A stretch of DNA of 32,000 bases, taken from contig NZ_AP024987.1 in the NCBI RefSeq assembly GCF_020885515.1, positions 750,001-782,000 on the forward strand. Reading direction: 5' to 3'. This document shows positions 1 to 8,407 of the stretch, in pieces. Within the stretch, counting starts at the first letter, position 1. Every line of letters begins with the position of its first letter. A program made the translations under genes and the position numbers. The notes under the pieces are model-generated. The model worked only from the letters and a program-made list of their open reading frames with translations. It did no database searches and had not been told where the DNA came from. This stretch comes from a cyanobacterium endosymbiont of Braarudosphaera bigelowii (GTDB taxonomy: Bacteria > Cyanobacteriota > Cyanobacteriia > Cyanobacteriales > Microcystaceae).

Positions 1-350
1 GCAGCAGTTACAGCTGTTTGACGACGACTAGTGAAAATATGAGTTAGATGCAATTCTAAGGCCTCTAGAATTTTACCTATACTATGAAATTGACGACTAT
101 CAAGTAAACGATTTTTTGCTATTAAACGCACTTCAGTTCCAGATTTCCAAGTTCCCTTGTGATGTTTTAAACAACATTTTAGATCTTGTAAATGCTCTGT
201 CCAATCTTTATCTTTTTTACTGGGTTCAAGATCTGGTAATATCAAATATAACTTTTCTCCTATTCTTTGTAAATGAACTTGAGAATACATCTTAATATCA
301 GAAAGGAATGGTTCAGTATTTGCTTGAGAAGTAATGTTCTTAGAACTCAT
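1..350 (-). CDS. minC: MinC-like septum site-determining protein, N-terminal part (gene continues beyond the window start)
   Basis: Absent from the ORF track because it runs off the edge. My translation of the minus strand from ATG 350-348 gives MSSKNITSQANTEPFLSDIKMYSQVHLQRIGEKLYLILPDLEPSKKDKDWTEHLQDLKCCLKHHKGTWKSGTEVRLIAKNRLLDSRQFHSIGKILEALELHLTHIFTSRRQTAVTAA, open to position 1, with an in-frame stop just upstream (363-365). The LILP...RLLDSRQ...TSRRQTAVTAA pattern matches my recollection of cyanobacterial MinC N-terminal domains. Alternative start ATG 290-288. Confidence 0.5.
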   Translation of the reverse strand, partial: MSSKNITSQANTEPFLSDIKMYSQVHLQRIGEKLYLILPDLEPSKKDKDWTEHLQDLKCCLKHHKGTWKSGTEVRLIAKNRLLDSRQFHSIGKILEALELHLTHIFTSRRQTAVTA

Positions 351-360
351 ACAATTAACT

Positions 361-404
361 CTTTAAAAATATTAAGCATCAGCTTAACATTAACTGATGC
401 TTAA
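361..404 (-). terminator. Rho-independent terminator-like hairpin downstream of gor
   Basis: Perfect 11-bp inverted repeat TTAAGCATCAG (372-382) / CTGATGCTTAA (394-404) with an 11-nt loop. Read on the minus strand it is followed by TATTTTTAAAG (371-361). It lies 47 nt after the gor stop and 22 nt before the minC-like start. Confidence 0.5.
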
Positions 405-450
405 CTTAATGGTTTTTAAGATGATAAATATGCTTTAATCTGGCTGTAGC

Positions 451-1815
451 TTAACGCATAGTAACAAATTCTTCGGCAGATGTCGGGTGAATCCCAACTG
501 TAGCATCAAAATTTGATTTTGTAGCACCTGCTTTAATTGCAATGGCTATACCTTGAATGATTTCAGAAGCATAATTACCGACCATATGTGCCCCTATTAC
601 GCGATCACTATCTCGATGAACAACTAACTTCATCAAAGTTTTTTCTTCCCTTTCTGGTAAAACATAGTACATTGGACGGAATTGACTCTTATAAACTTTT
701 ATTCCACTTTCTCCATACTGTTCCCTAGCTTCAAGTTCTGTTAAACCAACAGTAGCAGCCTCTGGAGTACTGAAAATTGCAGAGGGAACATTTTCATAGT
801 TCATGATTCTCGGATTTTGACCAAAATGAGAATCTGCAAATAATCTGCCCTCGTTAATAGCAACAGGAGTTAAGTTAATACGATTAGTGCAATCTCCTAC
901 TGCATAAATATTTGATTGTTTTGTGCAGCTATATTTATCAACAACTATGGCTCCTTTATTAATTTCAATATCAATATTTTCCAAGCCTAAATTATCCAAA
1001 TTAGGTTTACGCCCAGTTGCTGCTAGTCCGATGGTATCTGCTAAGACTATTTCATTATTCTTGTTACCTTTTGTAGAAATTTTTAAACCTTGAGGTGTTT
1101 TTTCGATACTAGTAACTTCAGAATTTTTAAGAATTTGAATACCATGATTTTCCATAGATTTCTGAATAGTTAATCTAAGATCATCATCAAATCCTCGTAG
1201 TATTTTATCGCGTCTAATAATTTGAATTACTTCTGACCCTAAACCACGCATAATGCAAGCGAACTCTACACCTATATAGCCACCACCCCAAATAACAATA
1301 CGTTTAGGTTGTTCAGGAAGAGTAAATATTTGGTCAGAAGTAATTGTATGTTCAATACCTGGAATATTAGGCTTAACGGGATACCCTCCGACTGCAATTA
1401 AGATCTTCTCTGCAGTAACTTTATTTTCTCCTACTTCTACAGTGTGATTATCAATAAACTTTCCACGACCTTGAAAAATTTTAACTTTTGAAGTATCCAA
1501 CATTTTTTGATAGATACCATTTAACCGTTTTGTCTCTTTCCCAATAGCTGTAGTCATTTTAGACCAATTTAGAACACTTGATACAGTACTCCATCCATAT
1601 CCTTGAGATTCAATAAATAACTCAGGAAAGTGAGAAGTGTAAACCATTAGCTTTTTAGGAATACATCCACGATTTACACATGTTCCACCTAAACGATCAT
1701 ATTCTGCTAAGCCAACCTTGGCCCCATATTCTGCAGCTCGTCTGGCAGTCGCTATACCTCCTGAGCCTGCACCAATAACAAATAAATCAAAGTCATATCC
1801 CATGGTGATATTCAT
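451..1815 (-). CDS. gor: Glutathione-disulfide reductase (FAD/NAD(P) pyridine nucleotide-disulfide oxidoreductase)
   Basis: 454-aa ORF. It has the N-terminal FAD motif FDLFVIGAGSGG, the redox-active disulfide motif GGTCVNRGCIPKK, a second dinucleotide fold VIWGGGYIGVEFA and the C-terminal dimerisation motif GIHPTSAEEF, as in glutathione reductases. The true start may be the second Met (MGYDFD, ATG 1803-1801). Confidence 0.85.
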   Translation of the reverse strand: MNITMGYDFDLFVIGAGSGGIATARRAAEYGAKVGLAEYDRLGGTCVNRGCIPKKLMVYTSHFPELFIESQGYGWSTVSSVLNWSKMTTAIGKETKRLNGIYQKMLDTSKVKIFQGRGKFIDNHTVEVGENKVTAEKILIAVGGYPVKPNIPGIEHTITSDQIFTLPEQPKRIVIWGGGYIGVEFACIMRGLGSEVIQIIRRDKILRGFDDDLRLTIQKSMENHGIQILKNSEVTSIEKTPQGLKISTKGNKNNEIVLADTIGLAATGRKPNLDNLGLENIDIEINKGAIVVDKYSCTKQSNIYAVGDCTNRINLTPVAINEGRLFADSHFGQNPRIMNYENVPSAIFSTPEAATVGLTELEAREQYGESGIKVYKSQFRPMYYVLPEREEKTLMKLVVHRDSDRVIGAHMVGNYASEIIQGIAIAIKAGATKSNFDATVGIHPTSAEEFVTMR

Positions 1816-2195
1816 CTCCTAAAACAGTAGGATGTTGGAAATTTTCTAATATTATTTCTTATCTATCTTATCCTTTACAGGGACGATTTTTAACAATTTA
1901 TTGATATATAACTAAGTATTATCAACATTAAGAAAAAATAGAAAACTATCACGCTAAGAATAACGTAGAAATTTAATCAATACTAGGTCATAAAATTTTT
2001 TAGTCTAACAAAAATCTAGTATTATTTTTGAATTTTAATGATTCTATGGAAAGTATTGTTATACGTTATTAAACGTACTTTATTGGCAATAAACTATAGT
2101 ATATGAAGCTATATCTTTTTAAAACTCATATTAAAATATAAATAGCATATCTTAATAATCGTAAGTTATACTGTTGTTTTCACTAAAAAATTGAC

Positions 2196-2747
2196 ATGGT
2201 AAGCGATAAACTTATTTTCTATCAGAACGTTCTTGGTTCTCGCCGCTTGAGTAACTTCTTTTGGGCACTAGTGACCATGATAGGTGGCGTAGGTTTTCTT
2301 TTGGCTGGACTTTCTAGTTATTTAAACATAAATTTATTAATTGTTAGCGACATATCATCTCTTCAATTTATTCCACAAGGTATTGCCTTGATGTTCTATG
2401 GAATCACAGGTTCGCTATTATCTTTATATCAATGGTTTATGATTTTTTTGAATATTGGTAGTGGTTATAATGAATTTAATAAAGAAACCAACGTGGCAAC
2501 TATTTTCCGTTGGGGTTTTCCTGGCAAAAATCGTCGCATTGAATTTATTTGTCCCCTAGAAGATGTGAAGGCAATTCGAGCAGAAATTAGAGATGGAATA
2601 AATACAAAACGTAAACTTTATCTTAAAGTTAAAAACAAACGAGATATTCCTTTAACTCGCATTGGACAACCTATATCTCTCTCCGATTTAGAAAACCAAG
2701 CAGCAGAACTAGCAAGTTTTTTATCAGTTCCTCTCGAAGGAATTTGA
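2196..2747 (+). CDS. ycf4: Photosystem I assembly protein Ycf4
   Basis: 183 aa with two N-terminal TM helices. The pattern VLGSRRLSNFFWA...GGVGFLLAGLSSYL...IPQG...FYG...GYNEFNKE...FRWGFPGKNRRIE...IPLTRIGQPISL..LENQAAELA.FL.VPLEG is diagnostic of Ycf4. Confidence 0.9.
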   Translation: MVSDKLIFYQNVLGSRRLSNFFWALVTMIGGVGFLLAGLSSYLNINLLIVSDISSLQFIPQGIALMFYGITGSLLSLYQWFMIFLNIGSGYNEFNKETNVATIFRWGFPGKNRRIEFICPLEDVKAIRAEIRDGINTKRKLYLKVKNKRDIPLTRIGQPISLSDLENQAAELASFLSVPLEGI

Positions 2748-2845
2748 TTGTAAATAATCAAATATATGATTGTTAAATCTCAAAAAAGTTTTTATTTGCT
2801 CTCTCTGTAAAAAACTTCTAAAAATTTTGATATTCGAAAAATTAT

Positions 2846-3580
2846 ATGAGAAAACTAGAAAAAACTTACTTAAGAGCTTTTTTTAATATCATGTTTGTTA
2901 GCAATCTTATTCTTACAGGATGTAGTGAAATATCTAATGATTACAATGGTTTAGAGTCTAAAAACGAAATTGCTAATATTCAACAAATGAATCAAATCAG
3001 TATGGATCAATATACACCTAGACTTGAAAATACTGCAATTGTTCAACTAGATATTAATGGCTCTCCTGTAATCATTGAGGTTAACGGTCAGGATGCACCG
3101 ATTACGGCAGGAAATTTTATAGATTTAGTAGAACGTGGTTTCTATAATGGTCTAGTTTTTCATCGTGTAATAAAAGATCCGACACCTTTCGTTGCTCAAG
3201 GTGGCGACCCTGATGGGACAGGAATGGGGGGCTTTATAGACTCAAAAACTAAACAGAGAAGATATATTCCTTTAGAAATTAAATTAGAAAATGACGAAAA
3301 GCCTGTTTACAACCAATCTTTGGGAATTCAGGGTTCAGTATCTCCCAAATCAGTAGTTTTAAAACATAAAAGAGGTGCAATAGCTATGGCCCGCTCAGCT
3401 ATGCCTAACTCTGCATCTTCTCAATTTTATATTGCTTTATCAGATTTGGATTTTCTAAATGGAGATTATGCTGTCTTCGGTAAAGTAATTGAAGGAATGA
3501 ATATAGTTGATAATATTGATGAAGGTGATCGTATCAACTCTGCGTATGTGACTTCTGGTCTAGAAAACTTTAAGAAATAA
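2846..3580 (+). CDS. Cyclophilin-type peptidyl-prolyl cis-trans isomerase, probable lipoprotein
   Basis: 244 aa. The signal peptide ends in the lipobox LILTGC. Cyclophilin motifs are present: APITAGNFIDLVERGFYNGLVFHRV, GGDP.GTG.GG, GAIAMAR....NSASSQFYI, FLNGDYAVFGKV.EGM..VD. Confidence 0.85.
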   Translation: MRKLEKTYLRAFFNIMFVSNLILTGCSEISNDYNGLESKNEIANIQQMNQISMDQYTPRLENTAIVQLDINGSPVIIEVNGQDAPITAGNFIDLVERGFYNGLVFHRVIKDPTPFVAQGGDPDGTGMGGFIDSKTKQRRYIPLEIKLENDEKPVYNQSLGIQGSVSPKSVVLKHKRGAIAMARSAMPNSASSQFYIALSDLDFLNGDYAVFGKVIEGMNIVDNIDEGDRINSAYVTSGLENFKK

Positions 3581-3905
3581 AGTCGGCCTATAAAAACACA
3601 GTGATTTTGTTGGTTAATCTAACAATTGATTTAAAAAAAACTGCATTATATTAAAAATATGTTTAATGTAACATTTTACAATTTATTCTCATACAAGTCA
3701 TATTTAGATGTATTATCTAAAATTTGAGTATAAGTTAAATACTAAAGGTAAGAAAGTTAAGTGTCTTAAATACTAACTTCTTTAATAAAAAAATCATTCT
3801 AACTAAAAATAAATTATCAATCTATATATAAAATATTAGACATTTTATACTATTGTTATAGGCTGTGCTTACATTCTTGAGAACCATCACAATATTCATA
3901 GTTGC

Positions 3906-3937
3906 ATGTTCTAGTATTAGAACATTATCTTTTTTAT
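3906..3937 (+). terminator. Terminator-like hairpin with U tract inside the cyclophilin-ppk spacer
   Basis: ATGTTCTA (3906-3913), loop GTAT, TAGAACAT (3918-3925), then TATCTTTTTTAT. The 8-bp stem is mostly A/T. It lies 326 nt after the cyclophilin stop and about 95 nt before the ppk start. Confidence 0.35.
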
Positions 3938-4030
3938 AAATTTTATGTGTAAGTTTATAATACTTATATCTTCATTCCTTATTATTATTTTTCAAATTTA
4001 ATTCATGCTATATTATAATTGTTTACAATT

Positions 4031-6190
4031 ATGACACAGACAAAATCTGTTGATTTAACAATTAATCTTAAAGATAATAAATATTATTTCAATCGCGAAT
4101 TAAGCTGGTTAGAATTTAATTATCGTGTTCTAAATGAAGCTTTAGCTGCTTGTACACCTTTGCTAGAAAGACTCAAGTTTACTGCTATTTTTAGTTCTAA
4201 TCTTGATGAATTTTTTATGGTACGTATAGCAGGATTAAAACAGCAAATTCAGGCGGGAGTGACTAAATTAACTTTCGATGGATGTACTCCTTTAGAACAA
4301 TTAGTAGCTATTAGCGAACGTCTTCATTCCTTAATCAAAGAACAAGATTATCTATTTGAATACACTTTAAGAAATCTCTTAGCTGTTCAGGGAATTCGTC
4401 TAGTAAATTATATAGATCTTGATCAAAAACAACGTAAATATTTACATCAATATTTTGATATAAATATTTTTCCAGTTTTGACTCCCTTGGCAGTTGATAC
4501 ATCACATCCTTTCCCATATATTTCCAACTTAAGTTTAAACTTGGGTGTCGTAATATGTAATCCTGAAACAAAAGAAGAACATTTTGCACGAGTAAAAGTT
4601 CCTAGTGTACTACCGCGTTTTATAGCCCTTCCTCAAAAACTTTATAGTCAAACAGATAGTAAACCTATAGTTTGGCAAGGTATTCCACTAGAACAGGTCA
4701 TCGCCCATAATCTTGAAGCTCTATTTCCTGGAATGATAGTACAAGAATGTTATCCTTTTAGGGTCACTAGAAATGCAGATTTATCAGTTGAAGAAGATGA
4801 AGCAGATGATTTATTATTAGCTATTGAGGAAGAGTTAAGAAAACGTAATATTGGTAGATCTGCAGTACGTCTAGAAATTCATGCTTCGACTCCTAAATTA
4901 ATTAGGCAAAAATTAGTTGAAGATTTAGAACTAGAAGAAATAGACGTATATGATATTCAAGGGTTGTTAGGTTTAAAAGACCTATTGTATTTTTTATCTT
5001 TTCCTTATCCAAAACTTAAATATGAAAGCTGGAACTCTATTATTCCAAAAGCCTTAAATAAAGTTAAGAGAATTATTAGTAATAATAATAACAAAAAACT
5101 TGAATCTAAGAAACAAAATATTTTTTCCTTAATTCGTCAATCGGATATCTTAGTTCATCATCCTTATCAATCTTTTAGCGCTTCTGTAGAGCAATTCGTT
5201 ACTCAAGCTGCCTATGATCCAGATGTTTTAACTATTAAGATGACCCTATATAGAACTTCAGGTGATTCTCCTATCATTGAGGCATTAATTGCAGCGGCAG
5301 CAAATGAAAAGCAGGTAGTTACCTTGATAGAGTTAAAAGCTAGATTTGATGAAGAAAATAATATTATCTGGGCTCGTCGTCTCGAGCAATCGGGAGTTCA
5401 TGTGGTTTATGGTTTAGTAGGGTTGAAAACTCATACTAAAATTGCTTTAATTGTTCGAAAAGAGGAAGAAAAAATTCGCCGTTACGCTCATATAGGTACT
5501 GGAAACTATAACTCTAAAACAGCTAATTTGTACACAGACTTAGGATTATTTAGTTGTCGTGAAGAATTAGGCGCAGATTTAACGGATTTGTTTAACTTTT
5601 TAACAGGCTATTCATGCCAAAAACTTTATCGTAAATTATTAGTAGCACCAGTTAATATGCGTAATCGGATACTATCAATGATTAATAGAGAAGTTGAGCA
5701 TTGTCAGAAAGGAGGTAAAGGCCATATAGTTGCGAAAATGAATTCATTAGTAGATCCAGAGATTATTGAAGCTCTCTATCTAGCATCTCAAGTTGGAGTT
5801 AAGATTGACTTGATTATTAGAGGAATTTGTTGTCTAAGGCCTGGAATTGAAGGAATAAGTAGCAATATTAAAGTTATTAGTATAATAGGACGTTTTTTAG
5901 AGCATTCACGAATTTTCTACTTATATAACGGAGGTAGAAAAGAGGTTTATATAGGCAGTGCAGACTGGATGACACGCAATTTTGTTCGTCGAGTAGAAGC
6001 TATAACTCTTGTCGATGATCTTAAAATCTCTTGTGAATTAGAAGAGATACTAAGAGTAATGCTAGGAGATAATTGCCAAGCTTGGGAGTTAAAATCTAGT
6101 GGTAATTATGTACGACGTTTTCCTATAAATGGTAATTACAAAAAAAACTCTCAAAAAATATTTATGAAAATGGCATTGGAATCTTTATAA
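4031..6190 (+). CDS. ppk: Polyphosphate kinase 1
   Basis: About 720 aa. PPK1 hallmarks include YFNRELSWLEFN.RVL.EA, SNLDEFFMVR, the autophosphorylation region GLKTHTKIALIVR, and HIGTGNYN plus the two PLD-like C-terminal domains (RFLEHSRI). I place the start at ATG 4031 (MTQTKS) rather than the track's TTG 4019; this is not resolvable from sequence alone. Confidence 0.9.
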   Translation: MTQTKSVDLTINLKDNKYYFNRELSWLEFNYRVLNEALAACTPLLERLKFTAIFSSNLDEFFMVRIAGLKQQIQAGVTKLTFDGCTPLEQLVAISERLHSLIKEQDYLFEYTLRNLLAVQGIRLVNYIDLDQKQRKYLHQYFDINIFPVLTPLAVDTSHPFPYISNLSLNLGVVICNPETKEEHFARVKVPSVLPRFIALPQKLYSQTDSKPIVWQGIPLEQVIAHNLEALFPGMIVQECYPFRVTRNADLSVEEDEADDLLLAIEEELRKRNIGRSAVRLEIHASTPKLIRQKLVEDLELEEIDVYDIQGLLGLKDLLYFLSFPYPKLKYESWNSIIPKALNKVKRIISNNNNKKLESKKQNIFSLIRQSDILVHHPYQSFSASVEQFVTQAAYDPDVLTIKMTLYRTSGDSPIIEALIAAAANEKQVVTLIELKARFDEENNIIWARRLEQSGVHVVYGLVGLKTHTKIALIVRKEEEKIRRYAHIGTGNYNSKTANLYTDLGLFSCREELGADLTDLFNFLTGYSCQKLYRKLLVAPVNMRNRILSMINREVEHCQKGGKGHIVAKMNSLVDPEIIEALYLASQVGVKIDLIIRGICCLRPGIEGISSNIKVISIIGRFLEHSRIFYLYNGGRKEVYIGSADWMTRNFVRRVEAITLVDDLKISCELEEILRVMLGDNCQAWELKSSGNYVRRFPINGNYKKNSQKIFMKMALESL

Positions 6191-6215
6191 ATAAAATAGC
6201 TGCTAAAAATCATTA

Positions 6216-6866
6216 CTATAACTGATCTTTATTTTGTGATTTACTACCAATTTTAGGTTCTGTACCCTTCAAAATACGCACTATATTGTCTTGGTGTCGA
6301 TAGATCACATATATCCCTATACTAATTATAAATAAACAATAAGATAGAGGTTGGTTCAATAAAATAGTTAATAAATTAGCTATTAAAACCCCTACAATAG
6401 AACTAATTGAAACAATACGAAATATAAATAATGTAATTAGGAAACCTGCTAGCGTACCTAATGCAATTATAGGATTTAAAACTAGTAAAACTCCTAAACT
6501 AGAAGCTACAGATTTACCGCCAGTAAAGTTTAAGAATATGGATTTACTATGGCCGAGAATAACAGCACTTCCTCCCAAAACCATTAACCAGGAACTCCAT
6601 TCTGGATTAAGAATATTTGATGGAATACTAGAAATTATAAGCTTAGTTGTTAATACTCCTAACATAGCTTTTGAAATATCTAACAATAAGACTGTAATGG
6701 CCGCTTTCTTACCAAAAGTTCTTAATACGTTAGTAGCTCCTGTGGACCCTGAACCACAATTACGAATATCAATTTTTTTTAAATATAGTCCTATTAAATA
6801 GCCTGTAGGAAAAGAGCCAAAAATGTAGCAGATCAAAAATATGAATATTAGAATTAAAAAGTACAT
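6216..6866 (-). CDS. plsY: Glycerol-3-phosphate acyltransferase PlsY (acyl-phosphate dependent)
   Basis: 216-aa polytopic membrane protein with PlsY motifs: GSFPTGY, DIR..GSGSTGATNV.R..G, GHS.SIFL.F.GGK.VA...G. Confidence 0.85.
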   Translation of the reverse strand: MYFLILIFIFLICYIFGSFPTGYLIGLYLKKIDIRNCGSGSTGATNVLRTFGKKAAITVLLLDISKAMLGVLTTKLIISSIPSNILNPEWSSWLMVLGGSAVILGHSKSIFLNFTGGKSVASSLGVLLVLNPIIALGTLAGFLITLFIFRIVSISSIVGVLIANLLTILLNQPLSYCLFIISIGIYVIYRHQDNIVRILKGTEPKIGSKSQNKDQL

Positions 6867-6931
6867 AAGTTGGTGAATTATTTATTAATTTAAGAGAATA
6901 AATTTTAGGCTTAATAGTAAATATTTAATTA

Positions 6932-8038
6932 CTATGAACAATTAAGAAAAGCAATATATAGTGGAAATTGAAGGAGAAAAGGGCTAACCTGTTCTTCTGC
7001 TTCATCAATAATAATAAATGGTAAAAATTTATTGTCAATTAATCTTTTTGCTCTTTGAACTAAAATTTCAGAAGATTCGAATAGTGTAATTCCTTTATCT
7101 GGTCCAAAATCACCACGAGAAATACCTAGACAGTCTTGTAATCCACGCCTCCATCCTCCTAGTCTTTCTGGCGCACTTGCCAGAATTAAGATTCTGTTAT
7201 TATTTCCATAAAGTTCACCTAATATAGAAATTATTGCTGATGCTACTAACATATCGTGCAGACGATTTCCTGTAGAATTCACTGCTCCTTTGCCACTTCG
7301 TAAAAAAAACCATTCCTTAACTTTCTCAGCATGTATTGTTTCAAAAGTTCGACGGAGATGCCATGGTGCACCATAGTAATTAGGCTCTTTTTGATAATTT
7401 TTTATGGCTTTTTCAATCTGTAAATGCTGTTTTCTAAATTCTTTTGTAGCAAAATAAATTTCTAAACTATCATTTTGAGGAGGTCTTTCAGTATTCTTAG
7501 AAATTTTCTTAGAATTTTCTTTTGTTGATATTGATAGGTCTAGCTGTTCAGCAGTTTCTGCCAAGTCTTGTAAACTACCCACTAGATATTTTTTGAATCC
7601 TTGTACTTTAATTGCTAAGTCTTCAGAAACCCCAGCAAAATTAGTACTCATTTCTTCGTGAATCTTGTTTCTACGATGCTCTAATTTTTCAATTGAAGTT
7701 GTTAATGTTTGTTTTTGTTTTTTAAGTTCTATTAATCCTTCTTGAACTATTTTCTCTAATGTTTCTTCAGCTAATTGATTAGCTCTTATACTATTATTTT
7801 TAGTGGTGATAAGATGCTTTTCATCTCTTAATATTTTTACCTGTTCAACAAGATTTTCAATTTGCTTTTCTAAGTTAAAAATATTTTTAGAAAGTTCAAT
7901 ATTACTCCCACCATGAGTTTTTTTTTCTTCAAATATATAAGAAGACGAGTCATAAGATTCTAGTTCTTCGTTCTGTAGAAAAGAGTTGTTAGAAATACTA
8001 TTTAATTTATCGAAAGGTTGAGAAGAATTGGAGTTCAT
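6932..8038 (-). CDS. Conserved hypothetical protein: N-terminal coiled coil plus C-terminal globular domain (I suspect the cyanobacteria-restricted DUF3086 family, unverified)
   Basis: 368-aa ORF with no competing frame. Residues ~50-170 are heptad-like and E/K/Q/L-rich. The C-terminal ~150 aa has non-biased composition (APWHLRRTFE, WFFLRSGKGAVNSTGNRLHD, ILILASAPERLGGWRRGLQDCLGISRGDFGPDKGITLF, LPFIIIDEAEEQV). It lies 65 nt upstream of plsY on the same strand. Confidence 0.7.
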   Translation of the reverse strand: MNSNSSQPFDKLNSISNNSFLQNEELESYDSSSYIFEEKKTHGGSNIELSKNIFNLEKQIENLVEQVKILRDEKHLITTKNNSIRANQLAEETLEKIVQEGLIELKKQKQTLTTSIEKLEHRRNKIHEEMSTNFAGVSEDLAIKVQGFKKYLVGSLQDLAETAEQLDLSISTKENSKKISKNTERPPQNDSLEIYFATKEFRKQHLQIEKAIKNYQKEPNYYGAPWHLRRTFETIHAEKVKEWFFLRSGKGAVNSTGNRLHDMLVASAIISILGELYGNNNRILILASAPERLGGWRRGLQDCLGISRGDFGPDKGITLFESSEILVQRAKRLIDNKFLPFIIIDEAEEQVSPFLLQFPLYIAFLNCS

Positions 8039-8407
8039 AGATATAAAATTCTCTTTAAGAGTATAAATATAAATAAAATTAAGATAACCTACTTCGAATA
8101 AAAACGGTTATCATTATATAAATACTCATTTACGATTACTGCCAACTTATTCTTATTCGATTTAATTAGGCAAACGATATTATAATTGAATTTTAAAGAT
8201 ACTATAATTTCAACATAAAAACATTTTTATGATATTTATCATAACAAATATATAATTTGAAACTCCATTTATGATTTATTTTTTCAATAATTGAGTTTAG
8301 CAGAAATTATACTAAGATAATACTATAAAAGATAATAATACGTGAGGGATATAAGTAAACTCTTTTTGAAATTATAAAAATAGTTCTATTTATTACACTA
8401 TCAATCA

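Noticed and set aside
4019-4030. TTG start for ppk (and GTG 25667 for chlH) as given in the ORF track
   Set aside because: Nearby in-frame ATG codons (4031; 25676, the latter with an AGGAG 11 nt upstream) give N-termini matching homologues (MFTHVKST for ChlH). The upstream non-ATG starts are probably artefacts of longest-ORF calling.
4335-4589. 84-aa ORF antisense to ppk
   Set aside because: It lies entirely inside the strongly supported ppk frame. Its composition is typical of antisense translation of AT-rich coding DNA, and I see no recognisable motif or start context.
6538-6801. 87-aa ORF antisense to plsY
   Set aside because: It is fully embedded in plsY, which has diagnostic motifs, and has no independent support.
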